DNA of 64,000 nt from Hypanus sabinus (lineage: Eukaryota). This document shows, piece by piece, positions 33,480-46,633 of the stretch. Both the position numbers and the translations under genes were made by a program. Numbering within the stretch: position 1 is the first letter of the stretch; each line of letters begins with the position of its first letter. The notes beneath the pieces are model-generated. The model did no database searches, was not told where the DNA came from, and saw nothing but the letters and a program-made list of their open reading frames with translations. The DNA is taken from contig NC_082721.1 in NCBI RefSeq assembly GCF_030144855.1, forward strand, positions 73,966,001 through 74,030,000, given 5' to 3'.

Positions 33480-36400
33480 GATAATCACACCTGCACCTGG
33501 CGCACCGCGCTACAGCTCCGAAGAGATCATATTAAGGAAAAGGAAATACAGCTCGATGATCTTCAACTCATATGCGAAAATGAGGAGGTGAGACACAGGA
33601 GCTACAGGGAGGTAGTCACCCCTAGTGGGAGACAGGAAACTGAGTGACTGTCATAAGCAGGAGTGGAAATTCAAATCCAGTGCAGAGTACACCTGTGGCT
33701 GTTCCCAGCCATTATAATGTTAGATAATATTGGTGGGCGACCTACCAGAGGTGAACCACAGTGACTGTGTCTCTGGCAGAGGGTCTGTGCTGCGGCACAG
33801 AAAGAGCAGAGGGGTAAGAAGAGTGCAGATTGGACAGGTGACTCCCCTGTCATAGGAAAAGGGATGAGGTTCTTTGAGTGTGATACAGTCACCCAGATGG
33901 TATATAGCCCCCCCTCCCCCCGGTGCCAGTTTAAGGGACGTCTCATATCGTGCCTGTAATTCACAAGGGCGAGGCTGAGGAGCCAGAAGTTTCAGTACAA
34001 ATTGGCTACAATGACATAGGTAAATACGATGAGGAGGTAGGAATAAATTGAAGGCGTGGCTGAGGAACTGGTGCAGTAGGCAGGAGTTCTGAATTATGGA
34101 TCATTTGGGATCTCCTCTGTGGAAGGTATGACCTTACAAACGGGGTGGGTTACACCTGAACTCGAGGGCTTCATTATCCTTGCAGGAAGGTTGGCTAAAT
34201 TTGTTTGTGTAGTTTCTGAGTAATTTGGCAGGGAGATGGGAAATTGATTCATAGTGCTGAAGGTAAGGGAATTGGTTTACAGACAGAGGTAATATGTAGT
34301 GAGACTCCTAGCAAGCAGAAGTTGCTGAGAGGGAAAAACTGCAGTCAATAGGATGAGTTACAATGTAAAAGGCAGACAAAATCGAAAAATGTGAAAACTA
34401 GGAAACAAGGTGTTATATTTGGATGTCCACTGTATTCGGAACAAAGTCAATGAACTTGTAAAACATTTACAGAGTGGCAAGTATGATGTTCTGGGCATCA
34501 CTGAATCACGACTGGAATTGGAGCTTAATGTCCAGGAATACAAACTGTATTGAAAGGAATGGCGGGAAGCCGGGGGGTGGGGGGATGGTGTGTCTCTGTT
34601 GGTGAAAAAAAGTTAAAATAATTAATTTGAAAAAGGTGACATAGGTTTGGAAGTTATTTAACTTTGTCGATAGGGCTAAGGAACTACAAAGGTAAAAAAA
34701 AAAAAAATGCTCTGATGGGCATTATATACTGACCCCTAAAGGACAGTAAGTGTGTGGTCTACAAGTAAAACGGGAGACAGAAAATTCATGTCAAATGGGA
34801 TAGTCATGGGGTAATTTCAATATGGAGTTAGGTTTTGTTAAATCAGGCTGCGGCAAGTGGGACAATTGGCAGAATGCTTCCGAGATGGCTTTTTAGAACA
34901 GGTAATGGTTGAGCCCAATAGTGGATCAGAAATTCTGTATTGGGATTTGTGCAATAAGCTGGAATTGATTTGACAAATTAACATAAAAGACCCCTCGGAA
35001 AAGTGATAAGAAAATGATTGAATTAACCCTAAAATCTGAGGAGAAGAAGAAGCTAACGTCAGATGTATCAGTATTACAGGATAGTACAGGAAATTAGAGA
35101 AGCATGAGACGGCAGTTGGGCTGAGTTGGAAAAGAGCACTGGGAGGGATGAGGGCAGAGCGGCTACGGCTGGAATTTCCGGAGGCAATTCGGAAAGCACG
35201 GGATATACACATCTCAAAGAGAAAGATTTATCCTAAAGGCAAGATGACACAACAGTGGCTAACAAGAGATGTTAACGCCATCATAAAATCCGAAAAGGCA
35301 GCATGTAATGGAGGAAAAATAGTATCATGAAGCATAAAAAGAGAGGCAAGAGTGTATATCGGACCTCTGGAAAACGATGTTATAGAGTTATAATGGAGGA
35401 CAAGGAAGTGACAGATGTACCGAAAAACTATTTTCTGTCAGTCGTCACAGTGGAAGACACTAGCAGAATGGTGGACGTTCGATGTGTCAGATATCATGAA
35501 GGTAATATTTCTAGAAAGAAAGTTCCTGGGAAAATGAAAGGTCTGAAAGTGCATAAGTCTCCTGTACAAGATAATGTTTCTTTATGTATTTCTGAACCAG
35601 GTGGCTGAAGTGATTGTAGAGGCATTATTGATGATCTTTCAAGAAACAATAAATTATGGAATGTTTCTGAAAGACTGAACAATTGAAAATGTCACTCCAC
35701 TCTTCAAGAATGAGAGAGGCAAAAGAATGGATATAATCGGCTGGTTAGCCAGCCTTCAATGGTTGGAAAGGTGTTAGAGTCAATGTGGTTGTGGGGTATT
35801 TGGAGGCACATAATAAAACAATCCATGGACAGCATGGTTTCCTCAAGGAGACAATGTTATTTATAAAATTTGTTTCAATTCTTTGAAGAAGTAACAAGTA
35901 TGATAGACAAAGGAGGATCAGATAATTTTGTGTACTTGGATTTTCGAAAAGCTTTTGGCGAGGTGAAACAGTTGAGGCCATTTAACAAGCTATGAGGTAT
36001 TACAGCAAAGGTTCTAGCATGGACAAAACTGTGGCTGAATGGCAGCAGACAAAGAGTGAGATGAAAGGTAACTTTTTTTCTGGTTAGATTTCTCTGACTA
36101 GTTGTGCCCCATACGGTTCTATGTTGGTACCGATTCTTTTTACATTATATGTCAATGATTTGGGAAATGAAATTGATGGTTCTGTTCCAAATGTTGCAGA
36201 CGATATGAAGTTAGTTAGAGAGGCAGTTAGTTTTAAGGAAATACTGAGGCAACAGAAGGACAGATAGATCACGAGAATGGGGAAAGAAGTGACAAATGGA
36301 ATATACTGTCGAGAAGTGTATTTTCATGCCGTTTGGATGAAGGAATGAAAGCGTTGACCATTTTCTAAATAGGAAGAAAATACAAAACTTCTGAGGCACA

Positions 36401-37095
36401 AAGAAATTTGGGACTCCTTAGTATGATTCCGTAAGGGTTAACTTGGAGTTTGATTCTCTGGTGAGGAAGGCAAATGCAATGTTCATATTCATTTCAAGAG
36501 AATGAGTACCAATTTTATAAAGCTCTGGTGACACCTCACTTGGAGTATTGTGTGCAGTTTTGTCCCCTTATATTAGGAAGAATGTGTTGAATTTGGACAG
36601 GGTTCAATGGAGATTCATGAAAAATACTTTCAGCATTATTCAACTGCTTGTCAAATGAAGAACGTTTGATAGTGCAGGGCCAGTATTTTCTGGAATTTAG
36701 AAGAATGAGTGGTGACCTCTTTGAAACATCAAGTAGTGAAAGGCCTTGATGTAGTGGATATGGAAATGATGTCTCCTGTGGTGGGAGTGCGGAAGACCAG
36801 AGGACACAGCCTCCATATAGAGGAGCGTCTTTTTAGATTGGAGATAAGGAGGAACTTCCTTAGTCAGAGAATGGTGAATATGTGTAATTTGTGGTCATAA
36901 GCAGTCTTTGTGTAGATTTAAGTAAAGGGGTGATAGATTCTTCATTGGTCAGTGCATGAAGGGACCTGGGCCGGTGTGGGTGAGGGCGGATGGAGGCCAA
37001 GATATTTGGGCTGAGAGAAAAATAGATCAGCCGTGATGAAATGACATAGCAGACTTGACGTGTCAACTGCTTACTATCTCATGTTCTTAAGCTAT
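33480..37095 (+). mobile_element. Near full-length, heavily decayed CR1 (ORF1, endonuclease, RT, 3' UTR)
   Basis: Collinear with the CR1 at 53822-57833: QLDDL..E zipper, IGYNDIG, LHLN, IRNKVNEL..GITES, QHGFL, VNDL..ADD, RRNFLSQRMVN. Confidence 0.85.
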
Positions 37096-37779
37096 AAATG
37101 TATATAATCCTTTATTAAGTAATTTGCGGAACAAATGACCTTGAAGTAATAAAACTAATGAAAATAATAAAATTTCTGAAAATAAACATAAAGATATTTA
37201 GGCAAAATTATGCAGTCAGAACAAAATCACACCCAGCTGTTTCTAACTCTGACTGGCTCCACTGAAAAACTATAGACAAAGCATGAATACCTAACCAAAC
37301 TGTCCGCTATTACCACATCCTCATCTATGTGACTAAAAAGCATTGTAAATATAATAAACGCGCAACACAAAATACAAAGCGGTTAGAATGGGTACCACAA
37401 AGATGACAATAATAAAAAAAATTCAAATGCACATAGGCGGAAAACCAAGAGTCATGAATTGTATCTTTCAGTTAGGGTAATGAAAATTCAAGACAGTTAC
37501 ATAAATAGGAGTATAAAGGCATCTAGGGAGAGAGTTGATGCCCTACGAGATTTGCAGGGCTGCCAATGTCTCGAGCCACTAGAAATGAACAAATTTTCAA
37601 TGAATTTTTCATCCTGGCATTGACTGATAAGAAAATCTAGTTGCACAGGAAATATGAAGGATCAAGTGTTGCAGAATTATACCATGTTGATGTCCTAAAT
37701 CCACGCGGTCTAACCCTTAGACTTGCAGGTTGTCAGAGATGAGAAATAAAACTACAGCTGGAAGAGTTTAAGAAGAAGA

Positions 37780-38873
37780 CAGCTTTACAGCGCGGGCATC
37801 AGAGGAGCAAGTAGTGGGAGACAGAATAGGAAGGCTTTGGCTCAATGGGCTCAGGCGATAACGGGTCGAGGCAAGGTAGGTTATCTGTTTAGAATAGAGA
37901 AATAAAGTATGCGTGTGAGGCCAGTTTTCTGTGCTCGGTGTCAGATTTGGCAGTTCCTGGAGACTCCCAGCCTCCCAGATGGCCACATCTGTGCCAGGTG
38001 GATCGAGCAGCAGCTCATTAGGAACAGCATTAGCGAGCTAGAGATGCAGCCAGGTGACCTTCTTCTGGTCAGAGAGAGTGAGGAGGTGATACGCAGTATA
38101 GGCAGGTAGTCATTCCCGGTCCTCGGAAGACAGAGATGTGGGTAACAGTCAAGAGAGGGAAGGGCAGTAGCAGATGCTAGATAATACCAAAATGACTGTC
38201 TCCCTTATCAATAAGTATTCCTGCTTGAGTACTGTTGGGGGAGATGGCCTACCAGGCGGAAGCAACAGTGGTCACGCCTCTGGCAAAGAGTCTGGCCCTG
38301 TGGCTCACAAGGGTAGGGAAAGGAAGAGGATGGCAGCTATAGTTAGGGGACACTATAGTTAGGGGGGTAGACAGGCAATTCTGTGGATGCAGGAAAGAAA
38401 CGCGGATGGTACTTTGCTTCCCAGGTGGCTGGGTATGGGATATTTCTGATCGTGTCCACGATATCGTAAATTAGGAAGGAGAACAGCCAGACGTCGTGGT
38501 ATATATTGGTACCAACAACATAGGCATGAAAAGGAGGAGGTCCTGAAAACAGTCTACAGGGAGCTAGGAAGGAAGTTGAGAAGCAGGACCTCAGAGATAG
38601 TAATCTTGGGATTATTGCCTGTGCTACGTGACAAGAAGTATAGATAAAGGAATAGAGTGAGGTGGAGGATACATGCAGAGCTGAGGTTCTGGAGTAGGGG
38701 ATAAGGATTCAGATTTCCAGATTATTGGGACCACTTCTGGGGCAGGTGCGACCTGTACTAAAAGGACAGGTTACACTTGAATATGAGGGGGTACAATATA
38801 ATGGCCGGGAGGTTTGCAAAGGCTATTGTGAAGAGTTCAGAGTAGAATTTCTGGGGGTGGGAACTGCACTGAA
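37780..38873 (+). mobile_element. CR1 5' UTR and ORF1 (Zn finger/leucine zipper plus SGNH esterase-like); resumes at about 41870-42462 after the Gypsy insertion
   Basis: ORF 37909 MRVRPVFCARCQIWQFLETPSLPDGHICARWIEQQL; VVVYIGTNNIG; the start of ORF2 (LICVYF) and the CR1 3' end follow at 41870-42462. Confidence 0.88.
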
Positions 38874-41870
38874 GTTACGTAGGTAAGGGAGCTCGGCTTA
38901 AAAATAGAGAAAATGTTGCAAGGAATGAGGTGAACCCAAGCGCAGGACACAGGCTCAGAGATTTAATTAGGATGGAGATGCAGACGTGTGTGTGCAGCGG
39001 TAAATGGGATGGAGAGAAGGAAGGCAGGAGGTAGGCAGAATTTATCTTGACGCAGAGAGACTGGGTTTCACAGGTAAACCTCGGTACTGGAGTAGAACTT
39101 AGAAAACTGATCTTGACACGGAGAGACTGAGTTTCACGAATCAAACTTGGTACTGAAGCAACACTTAGGACACACATTCCTAAGCTGCCAGGAAGCGTTA
39201 GCTGCCACGACGTTCCTCCGGGACGTAACCCTCCCAATCAACTAGATACTGGAGACCCTGCCTCGGCGATCCGCAAGCGGTATTCTCCAGACAGTGTACA
39301 CTGGGTAGTCATCAATGATCCTGGTGGGTGGAGGGGGTTCAGCAGATGGGCACAAAGGGCTGATAGACACAGGTTTCAATTGGGAGACTGGAATCTGGGA
39401 TGAGTGTGCATGGATCTGGGCAGTTTGAATCAGACCACCGAGAGGTTGCTCTCAATCTCGAATGGCCCGAGGTAGCGAGGGGCGAGTTTCTTGGATTCAT
39501 TCTTCAGGGGAAGCCAAACCTTCTGACCAGGCCAACAACTAGGTGCAGGAATTCGATGGCGATCGGCAGTCCTCAGGTTGTGGTCAGCTGAGTGGAGCAG
39601 CGACGCGCATGCATCCTTCCAGGTCTTGCGGCACTGGCGGAGATGGGCTTGAACTGAAGGCAGAGCAATGTCATTTTCATGTGCAGGAAACAGCGGTGGT
39701 TGGTAACCGAGGGAGCATTCGAAGGGAGACTTTCCGGTGGTGGTGTTGACCAGGAAGTTGTGGGCGTACTCTACCCAAGTGAGATGGGTGGTTCACGATG
39801 ACGGGTTGTTGGCGGTTATGCTGCGCAGTGCTTCTTCCAACTCCTGGTTTGCCCGTTCTGTTTGACTATCAGTCTGCGGGTGGAAGCCAGAGGACAGGCT
39901 TACTGATGCTCCAAGGGCTTGTCAAAAGGATCTCCAGACTTGAGAGATGAATCAGGTCAGAGGGAATTCCATGAAGGAGGAAGACCTGATGTACAAGGAG
40001 ATCGGCTGTTTCACGTGCTGAACAGCTTTGGAGAAGCGGTCCACCACAGTGAGTACAGCAGTGTTCCCATGTCCGGAAATGAAATCCAGAGTAATGTGAG
40101 TCCAGTTGTGGCTAGGGGCAAGTAGGCTTTTCCGCAGGCACATACAGAACAGGCAGAGATGAAGGACTGAGTGCCAGCATCCGTGGAGGCCACCAGAAAT
40201 GTCTCTTCAGATGGGACAGAGTTCGATCAATTCCAGAATGGCAGGCGAACCGAGAAGTATGCTCCCACTGGAGAAAGTGAGACCGAACAGAGTCAGGCAT
40301 GAAAGGGCATTTGGGGGGGGGGGGGTGGGTCTATTGCCTGGGTCGAGTTGTGTTCATTGGGCCTCTGACCATGGATTCAATCTTCCAGGTGAGGGCAGCC
40401 ACCACACAGGGTGGTTGAAAGATGGTCTCGAGGTTGGGACGGCCCTCCTCGGAGACGTAATGAGGAGAGAGTGTATTGGGCTTCCCGTTCGTGGAACCAG
40501 GCAGATAGGTAAGTGTGAATCTGAAATGGCCAAAAAATAATGCCCAACGTGCTTGGCGGAACTCAAGAGTTTGTCAGTTTGGATGTATGCGAGGTTGTTG
40601 TTTTCTGTCCCTCACTTTCCCGCTCTCAGTGATATACCCCAGGAAACTGACAGAAGGGACATGGAACTCGCACTTCTCTAACTGAACAAACAGCTTGCTC
40701 TCCAAAAGCCTCTGAAGCACTTGACAGATATGGTGGGTGTGTTCCTGAAGACTGCGGGAGAAGATTAGGATGTCGTCCAAATAAACTAAGCAGTTAATAA
40801 AGTCCCTAAGGACATCACTTACCAGGGCTTGGAAGACGGCAGGGGCATTGGTGAGGCGGAATGATATGACCAGGTATTCGATATGACCAAGGGGGATGTT
40901 AAAAGCTGTTTTTGACTCATCTCTCTCCCTAATCCTGCTCAGATGATAGGCACTCTACAGGTCCAATTTAGGGAGAATTGGAGCTCCGTGAAAGTGTTCT
41001 AAAGCAGAGTTGATAAGGAGCAGTGGATAATTATACTAATGGTGATGCTATTCAGGCCACGGTAGTCAATGCAAGGATCCAGTGAGCCTTCTTTCTTCCC
41101 CACAAAAAAGAAACCTGCGCCCACAGGGGTTGGATAATGGCAGCCGCGGGAGAGTCATTTAGGTAAGCCTCCATTGCTCCCCTTTCTGGTCGGGACAGGT
41201 TATACAGCCGACTGGTGGGTGGAGAGGTTCGAGGGAGAACGTCAATTGTGCAATCGTAAGGGCAATAGGCAGTGTGTGACTCGGGACAGTAGTCTACCAT
41301 CTAGTGCCAGGTCTTCCAAGGGGGCACTCAACGACTGACGAGGAATTCCAGCCCGGAAAGCTAAGTCTTTATGCAAAAGTTTTCCTTTAGCGCAGGTGTC
41401 TAGAGTGCTGACAGAGGCAGGTACTATTGGTTGAAATGTGTAGCTTGAAGCTGCATGAAGGTTTGTGGAACGGAAGGGAATGTTGTCTGTCTCACCAGGG
41501 TCCCCTTTTCTACTTGTGTGTCTTCCCTTTTTGGCCGAAGGGGACAGGTAGCACGGAAGTGGCCGAATTGGCTGCAATATAGAGACTCACCCACTCTCAG
41601 TCTCTGTAGCAATTCTGTGGGGGAAAGACGATTCCATCCCAGCTGCATGAGTTCCTCTCCCGGGGCGGTGGAAATGGCTGGGCTGGGAACTACTCCCAGA
41701 TCAGGAAGAGGAGAGAGGCTAGTTCTTGCGGGAGGCGGATAGAGTGCCTTGGAGTGGCCAAAGGTGGTGGACGACAGGATCTTTCTTTATGGCGTTGTGG
41801 GAGAAGTTTATTCAACCTGGTAGCTAGGGAGATCAAGAAATCCAGGATGTCGGTGCTTGGAGAAAGCTTG
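38874..41870 (-). mobile_element. Sushi/chromovirus-like Gypsy LTR retrotransposon remnant (gag end, PR, RT, RH, IN, start of chromodomain region, partial LTR), internally deleted
   Basis: MQLGWNRLSPTELLQRLRVGESLYCSQFGHFRATCP (CCHC); [20 protein letters not shown]; [22 protein letters not shown]; HTSRFACHSGIDRTL..FWWP; WTHITLDFI..TVVDRFSKA; SSGFHPQTD; [12 protein letters not shown] near 39290-39325. Confidence 0.9.
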
Positions 41871-42549
41871 GAGACAGTGCGAAAGAGAGGATAGGCATAT
41901 GATAGAGAAGGAATGCACTCAGACCGATGGTTTGATATGTGTCTATTTTTAATGAGTATTATGAAGAGAGCGGTTGAGCTTAGAGCATGGATCAGCACTT
42001 GGAGCTATGATTTTGTGGCCATTACAGACACTTGGATGGTGCAGGGGCAGGGGCTTTAGATATTTCAGAAAGGACAAGGATTGAAGCAACAGGTGACAAG
42101 ATAGAGTCGTACGAGATAACGAGAGAAATTGATGGTGTGGATAGTCAGAATCATTTTCCCAGGGCTGAAATCGCTCGCAGGAGAGGACATAGTTTTAAAG
42201 TGCTTGGAAGTAGATACAGAAGAAATGGCAGGGGTAAGTATTTTACCCAGAGTGTTGAGTGCGTGGAATGGGCAGCCGGCGCCGGTGGTGGAGGCGGAAA
42301 CAAAAGGGTATTTAAAAGATTCCTGAACGGTACATGGTGCTTAGAAAAGCAGAGGGCCATGGGTAATCCTGGGTAGTTCAAAGCTAAGGACATGTTCTGC
42401 ACAGCCCTGTGGGAAAAATTACCTGTATTGTGCTGTAAGTTTTCTTTGTTTTTATGTTTCTGAACCCATAAGATAAACTTGTTACGCCGTAGGACACTGC
42501 TCAAGTTCCCAAAACTGAACGATTACTGCCGTTATTCCGTTATTCAAGT

Positions 42550-43860
42550 GTGTAGGAAAGACAACCTAGAGAAATATAGAACGGCCAGCCTAATCTCACG
42601 GCCCATAAAGCTACTGGATCTGGGGGGATTCTGAGAGACAGAATCTATCAATATTTGCAGAGCTGCAGTCTGATAAGGAAGATTCTATATTGCTCTGACA
42701 GCGAGGTCATCTTGAACGAGTGTTTTGACAGGTAATCAACGGGATTGGTATGGAAGGGCAGTGGATGTTGCATATTGGAAACGTTTGCAAGACCCCGCAT
42801 GACAGGATGGCCTAAAACTTCAGGTCTCATGGAATCCACAAAAATCTAGTTAAATTGAGTCAACATTATTTCGGCTGTAGTAAGGAAAGGATGATGCTTT
42901 AAAGTTGTTCTCTGCATCGTGAGAAGTTACTAAACGTCTGCCATGAGTTTAGTTTTCGAACTCCTGTTATTCGTCACTTGTATGAGTTATTTGGAAGTGA
43001 ATTCATCGTTAGCAAGCTTTGAAAGGACAGTGACACTGGAGATGTTCTTGAGAGTGAAGAAGATTCAGGCAGATTGCAAATATTTTTGATTGGTTAAGGA
43101 ACTGGAATGAAATGGCAAATGGATTTCTGCAGTGAGAACTGTGCGGTGGTGTCCTTTGGATCGTCAACTCAGTGTGACTCTGAATGGCTGGACAGTCAAG
43201 GGTGTAATGTAACGGGGGCTTGGCATGTCGGCATTGAAAGCGCCGTCACTTGGAGACAAGGTAACGAAAAGGGTGCTTAATTCCCTGGCCTTCATTAGTC
43301 AGGGCGTTGAGCTAAGGAGTTAGGACGTTATTTTGCAGCTGCATAATTCATTGTTGAGACCACACGTAAGTATTATGCACAGGAAATGCGCTGTTAAACA
43401 GGAAAGAATGTGGAAGATTTCCAAAGATGCTGTCAGTACTAGATAACCTGAAGTGTAGGGAGAGGTTGGACAGGATATGTCTTGTTACCATACAACGTAT
43501 GAGAATGAGGGTTTTTCATAGGGACGTCTATAAAATTATGAAAGGCATAGATAAAGTGGATGGAGACATTATTTTTCTCCAAGATACGGGAGACCAAAAC
43601 TAAATGGCATAGATTTAGGTTCACAGGAGAAAGATTTAAAGCAAACTTGATAAGCAATTTCACGAAGAATGCAATAAGTATATGGAACGAGCTGGCAGAC
43701 GAAGTGGTAAACTCAGGTACAATAGCATGTTTTCATAAGCAGCTGGATAGGTACGTGGAAGTGTATAGCTGAAGGGGATGTAGGCAGAGCGCTGGAAATT
43801 AGATGGAACTAATTGGACAACTTTGTCAGCTCTGATCCTGCTGTACTTCACTATTACTCT
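42550..43860 (+). mobile_element. Decayed CR1 RT/3' region
   Basis: Collinear with CR1 ORF2 from NLEKYRTAS to ETKTKWHRFRFTGERFK..SIWNEL. Confidence 0.75.
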
Positions 43861-44317
43861 AACCGTGACGGAATTTATTCAGGAGCTTGCACCTTCTTGT
43901 CACTACTCACAGTTTTCAGAGGAATTATACCGCACCAGTCCCCTCCACCAATGCAGTTTTTATGAATCACCAGCAACCCACAACTAAGCAGCCAGAATAT
44001 CTGTACAGTATATGTTAGTATACATTTGCAGTTCAATATTCAGTCCATCACGACGGGATAGAACTCTAATGTCCTGAATGTGCGAGAACCTTCAGAAAAG
44101 GAAAGAAATTCAGCACCAAGTTTGTTATCACTGTTTCAAGTCAAGTGAAAATTATTGTTCTCCAGAAGCAATACCGTGCAGAGACATAAAACCTCTGTAA
44201 ATTGTAAAACGGAAAATACCAATGAACTAACAAATTGTTACCACTCATGTTGTCTGGTCATGGACTGGTCAGAAGTCTGATAGCAAAGTGAGAGAAACTA
44301 TTTATAAATCATTGAGT

Positions 44318-45815
44318 CACAAACAAGAGAGAATCTGCAGTTACTGGAAATCAAAACAATAAACATAAAACGGCAATAGAATTCAGCAGGTCAAGCAGCA
44401 TCTATGGAAAAAAGCACAGTCCACGTTTCGGATGGACACCCTTCATCAGGACTGGAAGAAGAAGATGGGGAGTCAGAGTAAGTAAGTTCGGGGGGGGGAG
44501 GAGAAGGGGTACCACAAGCTGATAGGTGAATCCGGGGAGAGGAGAAGGGGTGATAAAAAGTGGGAAAGTTTATTGGTTAAAGAGAAACAGGGCTGAGTAA
44601 GGTGGGATGGGCTCTTTTAGGAGAGGACGGAAGTCCATGGAAGAAAGAAACAGGGAGGAGCATCAATGGGAGGTGATAGGGAGGTAAGGAGATAAGGTGA
44701 AAGAGGGAAATAGGAATGGGATGTGTGGGAATCATTATGGGAATTTGGAGATATTGATGTTCATCCAATCAAGTTGGAGGTTACCCAGACGAAATATAAG
44801 TTGCTACTCCTCCAATCTGAGTGTGGTCTCCTCTCTAGAGTAGAGGAGGATATGGACTGACACGTCGTAAACAGAACAGGAAATGGAATTAAAATGGGTG
44901 GACGCTGGGAGATCCCGCTTATTTTTCTGCATGAGAGTGTAGGCTCTCGGGAAACAGTGTCCAAATTTGCGTCCGATCTCACTAATAAACAGGACACCAC
45001 ACCGGAAGTCTCCTTATACTTGCAAGCGGAACACGTGCTACATCTTGCCCGATACCTCCTCGCTCACTACCATTCCCGGCCCCAAACTGTCCTTCTTGGT
45101 GCGGCAACGTTTAACTTATGAATCCGCTGGAGTCATCTTCTGTGTTTGGTATTCCCAGAGTGGCCTCCTGTAAATCGTTGAGACCAGGCATAGAGTGGGT
45201 GACGGCTTCGCCAAGCACATACTCTAAGTACGCGAGAGAAAAAAAAACGGGATCTCATAGTGTCCACCCCATTACCCCATGGGAATTCCAATTCCCATTA
45301 CCATAACGACGTTGCAGTATATGGCCTCCTCTACTGTCGCGATGAGTCCACACTCAGGTTGGAGCAGCAAAACCTTATATTCCCTCGGGTAGCCTCCACC
45401 TGATGACATGAACATCGATTTCTCGACCTTCCGGTCATGCTACCCCGTGCGCACCATTCCCCACTCCTGTCTTCGTATCTCACTCTATGTTCTTTCCTGC
45501 CCATCATCTCCCTTTGGTGCTTCTCCCCCGTTTCTTTTTCCCTTAGCCTCTGTTCCCTCCTATCAGGAACGCCTTTCTCTTGCACTGTATCTCTTTCTCC
45601 AATCCACTTCCTTGCACACTACTTCACCCCTGCCTCACCCCAGGTTTCACATATCACTTTGTGGTTCTCACCCAGCCACCCTTACTCTGACTCATTATGT
45701 CCTCCTCTTTCTTTCTAGTCCAGAAAAACGATCTCTTCTCGAAAGGTCAACTGTGCTCTTTTCTATAGATGCTGCCTGGCATGTTGAGTTCGTCCAGCGA
45801 TTGTGTGTGTTGCAT
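44318..45815. mobile_element. Inverted pair of Penelope 3' ends (- about 44318-44995; + about 45000-45815)
   Basis: Both arms encode the decayed GIY-YIG region (+: ESAGVIFCVWYSQSGLL*IVETRHRVGDGFAKH; -: LFISEIGRKFGHCF..DLPASTHFNS) followed by a pLTR and the gatgctgcctgg..tgtgtgttgc terminal block pointing outward. Confidence 0.85.
44417..44454 (-). ncRNA. Minimal type I hammerhead ribozyme motif in a Penelope pLTR (cleavage triplet mutated to GUG)
   Basis: Minus strand reads CAGUC-CUGAUGA-AGGGUGUCCAUCC-GAA-ACGU-G-GACUG: stem I CAGUC/GACUG, intact core boxes, palindromic ACGU stem III. Confidence 0.8.
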
Positions 45816-46462
45816 AAATCGTCGAGTGTGGTATTTAGGCTCCTGTATTTCCTCATAGGTAGTAGTAATAAGAAGAGGACAAAGCTGTCCAGTTTACGTT
45901 GATGGAGGAGGAAAATCATTGAGACAACTTCGCGCGTTTGTGAGAAACGGTGGGAATTGCCCCTTTGATGGAAATGGAAGCTAATTACAGTAACTTGTTC
46001 AATTTGACATTCAGCCTAATTGACTTTCTGGTCGGATGGTTGGAGACGTTTCTCAATCTGGCGTTGCAATTTAGTGAGATATGACTTATCAGTTTGCTGT
46101 TTCAATCTGCAGAACACACACCGTTTAACGGCCTTCCAAAACGAATCGCATGTGATTCACGTGTAGCTAGCGAGTTGTAGCTAAAAGTAGCCACGGTGCT
46201 GGGAAACAGATAGTGACAGCTGAAGATTGATTTCCCCAACCTGAAGCCGCCGGCATGTCGGGTTCCCTAACAGTCTTTGTCAGGATATCTGTTGTTCATT
46301 ATTTACATAAACAATTGATTTTATATAGAAGGCAACGGATATTCACATTGGTCAGCTTGTGGTACAAATGCTTTAAATACCAACCCTTAAATAACAGATT
46401 TTTCCATTCGCTTTACACACTCTAGACTTCTGTCTTAATAATGTAGTGTTGGCAGCTCTGTA

Positions 46463-46472
46463 AGAGGAAGTG
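46463..46472 (+). promoter_or_regulatory. PU.1/Spi-type ETS box AGAGGAAGTG
   Basis: Exact consensus about 55 bp upstream of the first ATG of the type II membrane protein gene; motif only, no functional evidence. Confidence 0.5.
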
Positions 46473-46527
46473 GAGTGAAGTATTTTGCTGCACTTTTTTC
46501 TCACAGGTTATTAAAAGACAAGAAACC

Positions 46528-46633
46528 ATGAGAGCTGAAAACATGGAGCTTGAAAATACTTATGAAAATGTTAAAGAACTTGCTGAATGGCAACGTAGAA
46601 GAGCCGGTGGCAATGGAGAAAATTTGAATCCAG
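46528..46633 (+). CDS. First coding exon (cytoplasmic tail) of a type II membrane protein, probably a C-type lectin receptor: MRAENMELENTYENVKELAEWQRRRAGGNGENLNP
   Basis: Kozak-like aaccATGa and an in-frame aacATGg; possible acceptor ttttttctcacag at 46506; perfect donor CAG|GTAAGT in phase 1; acidic residues before YENV. Confidence 0.78.

Noticed and set aside
40311-40330. Poly-G run as a functional G-quadruplex
   Set aside because: A homopolymer inside decayed Gypsy pol; nothing suggests function.
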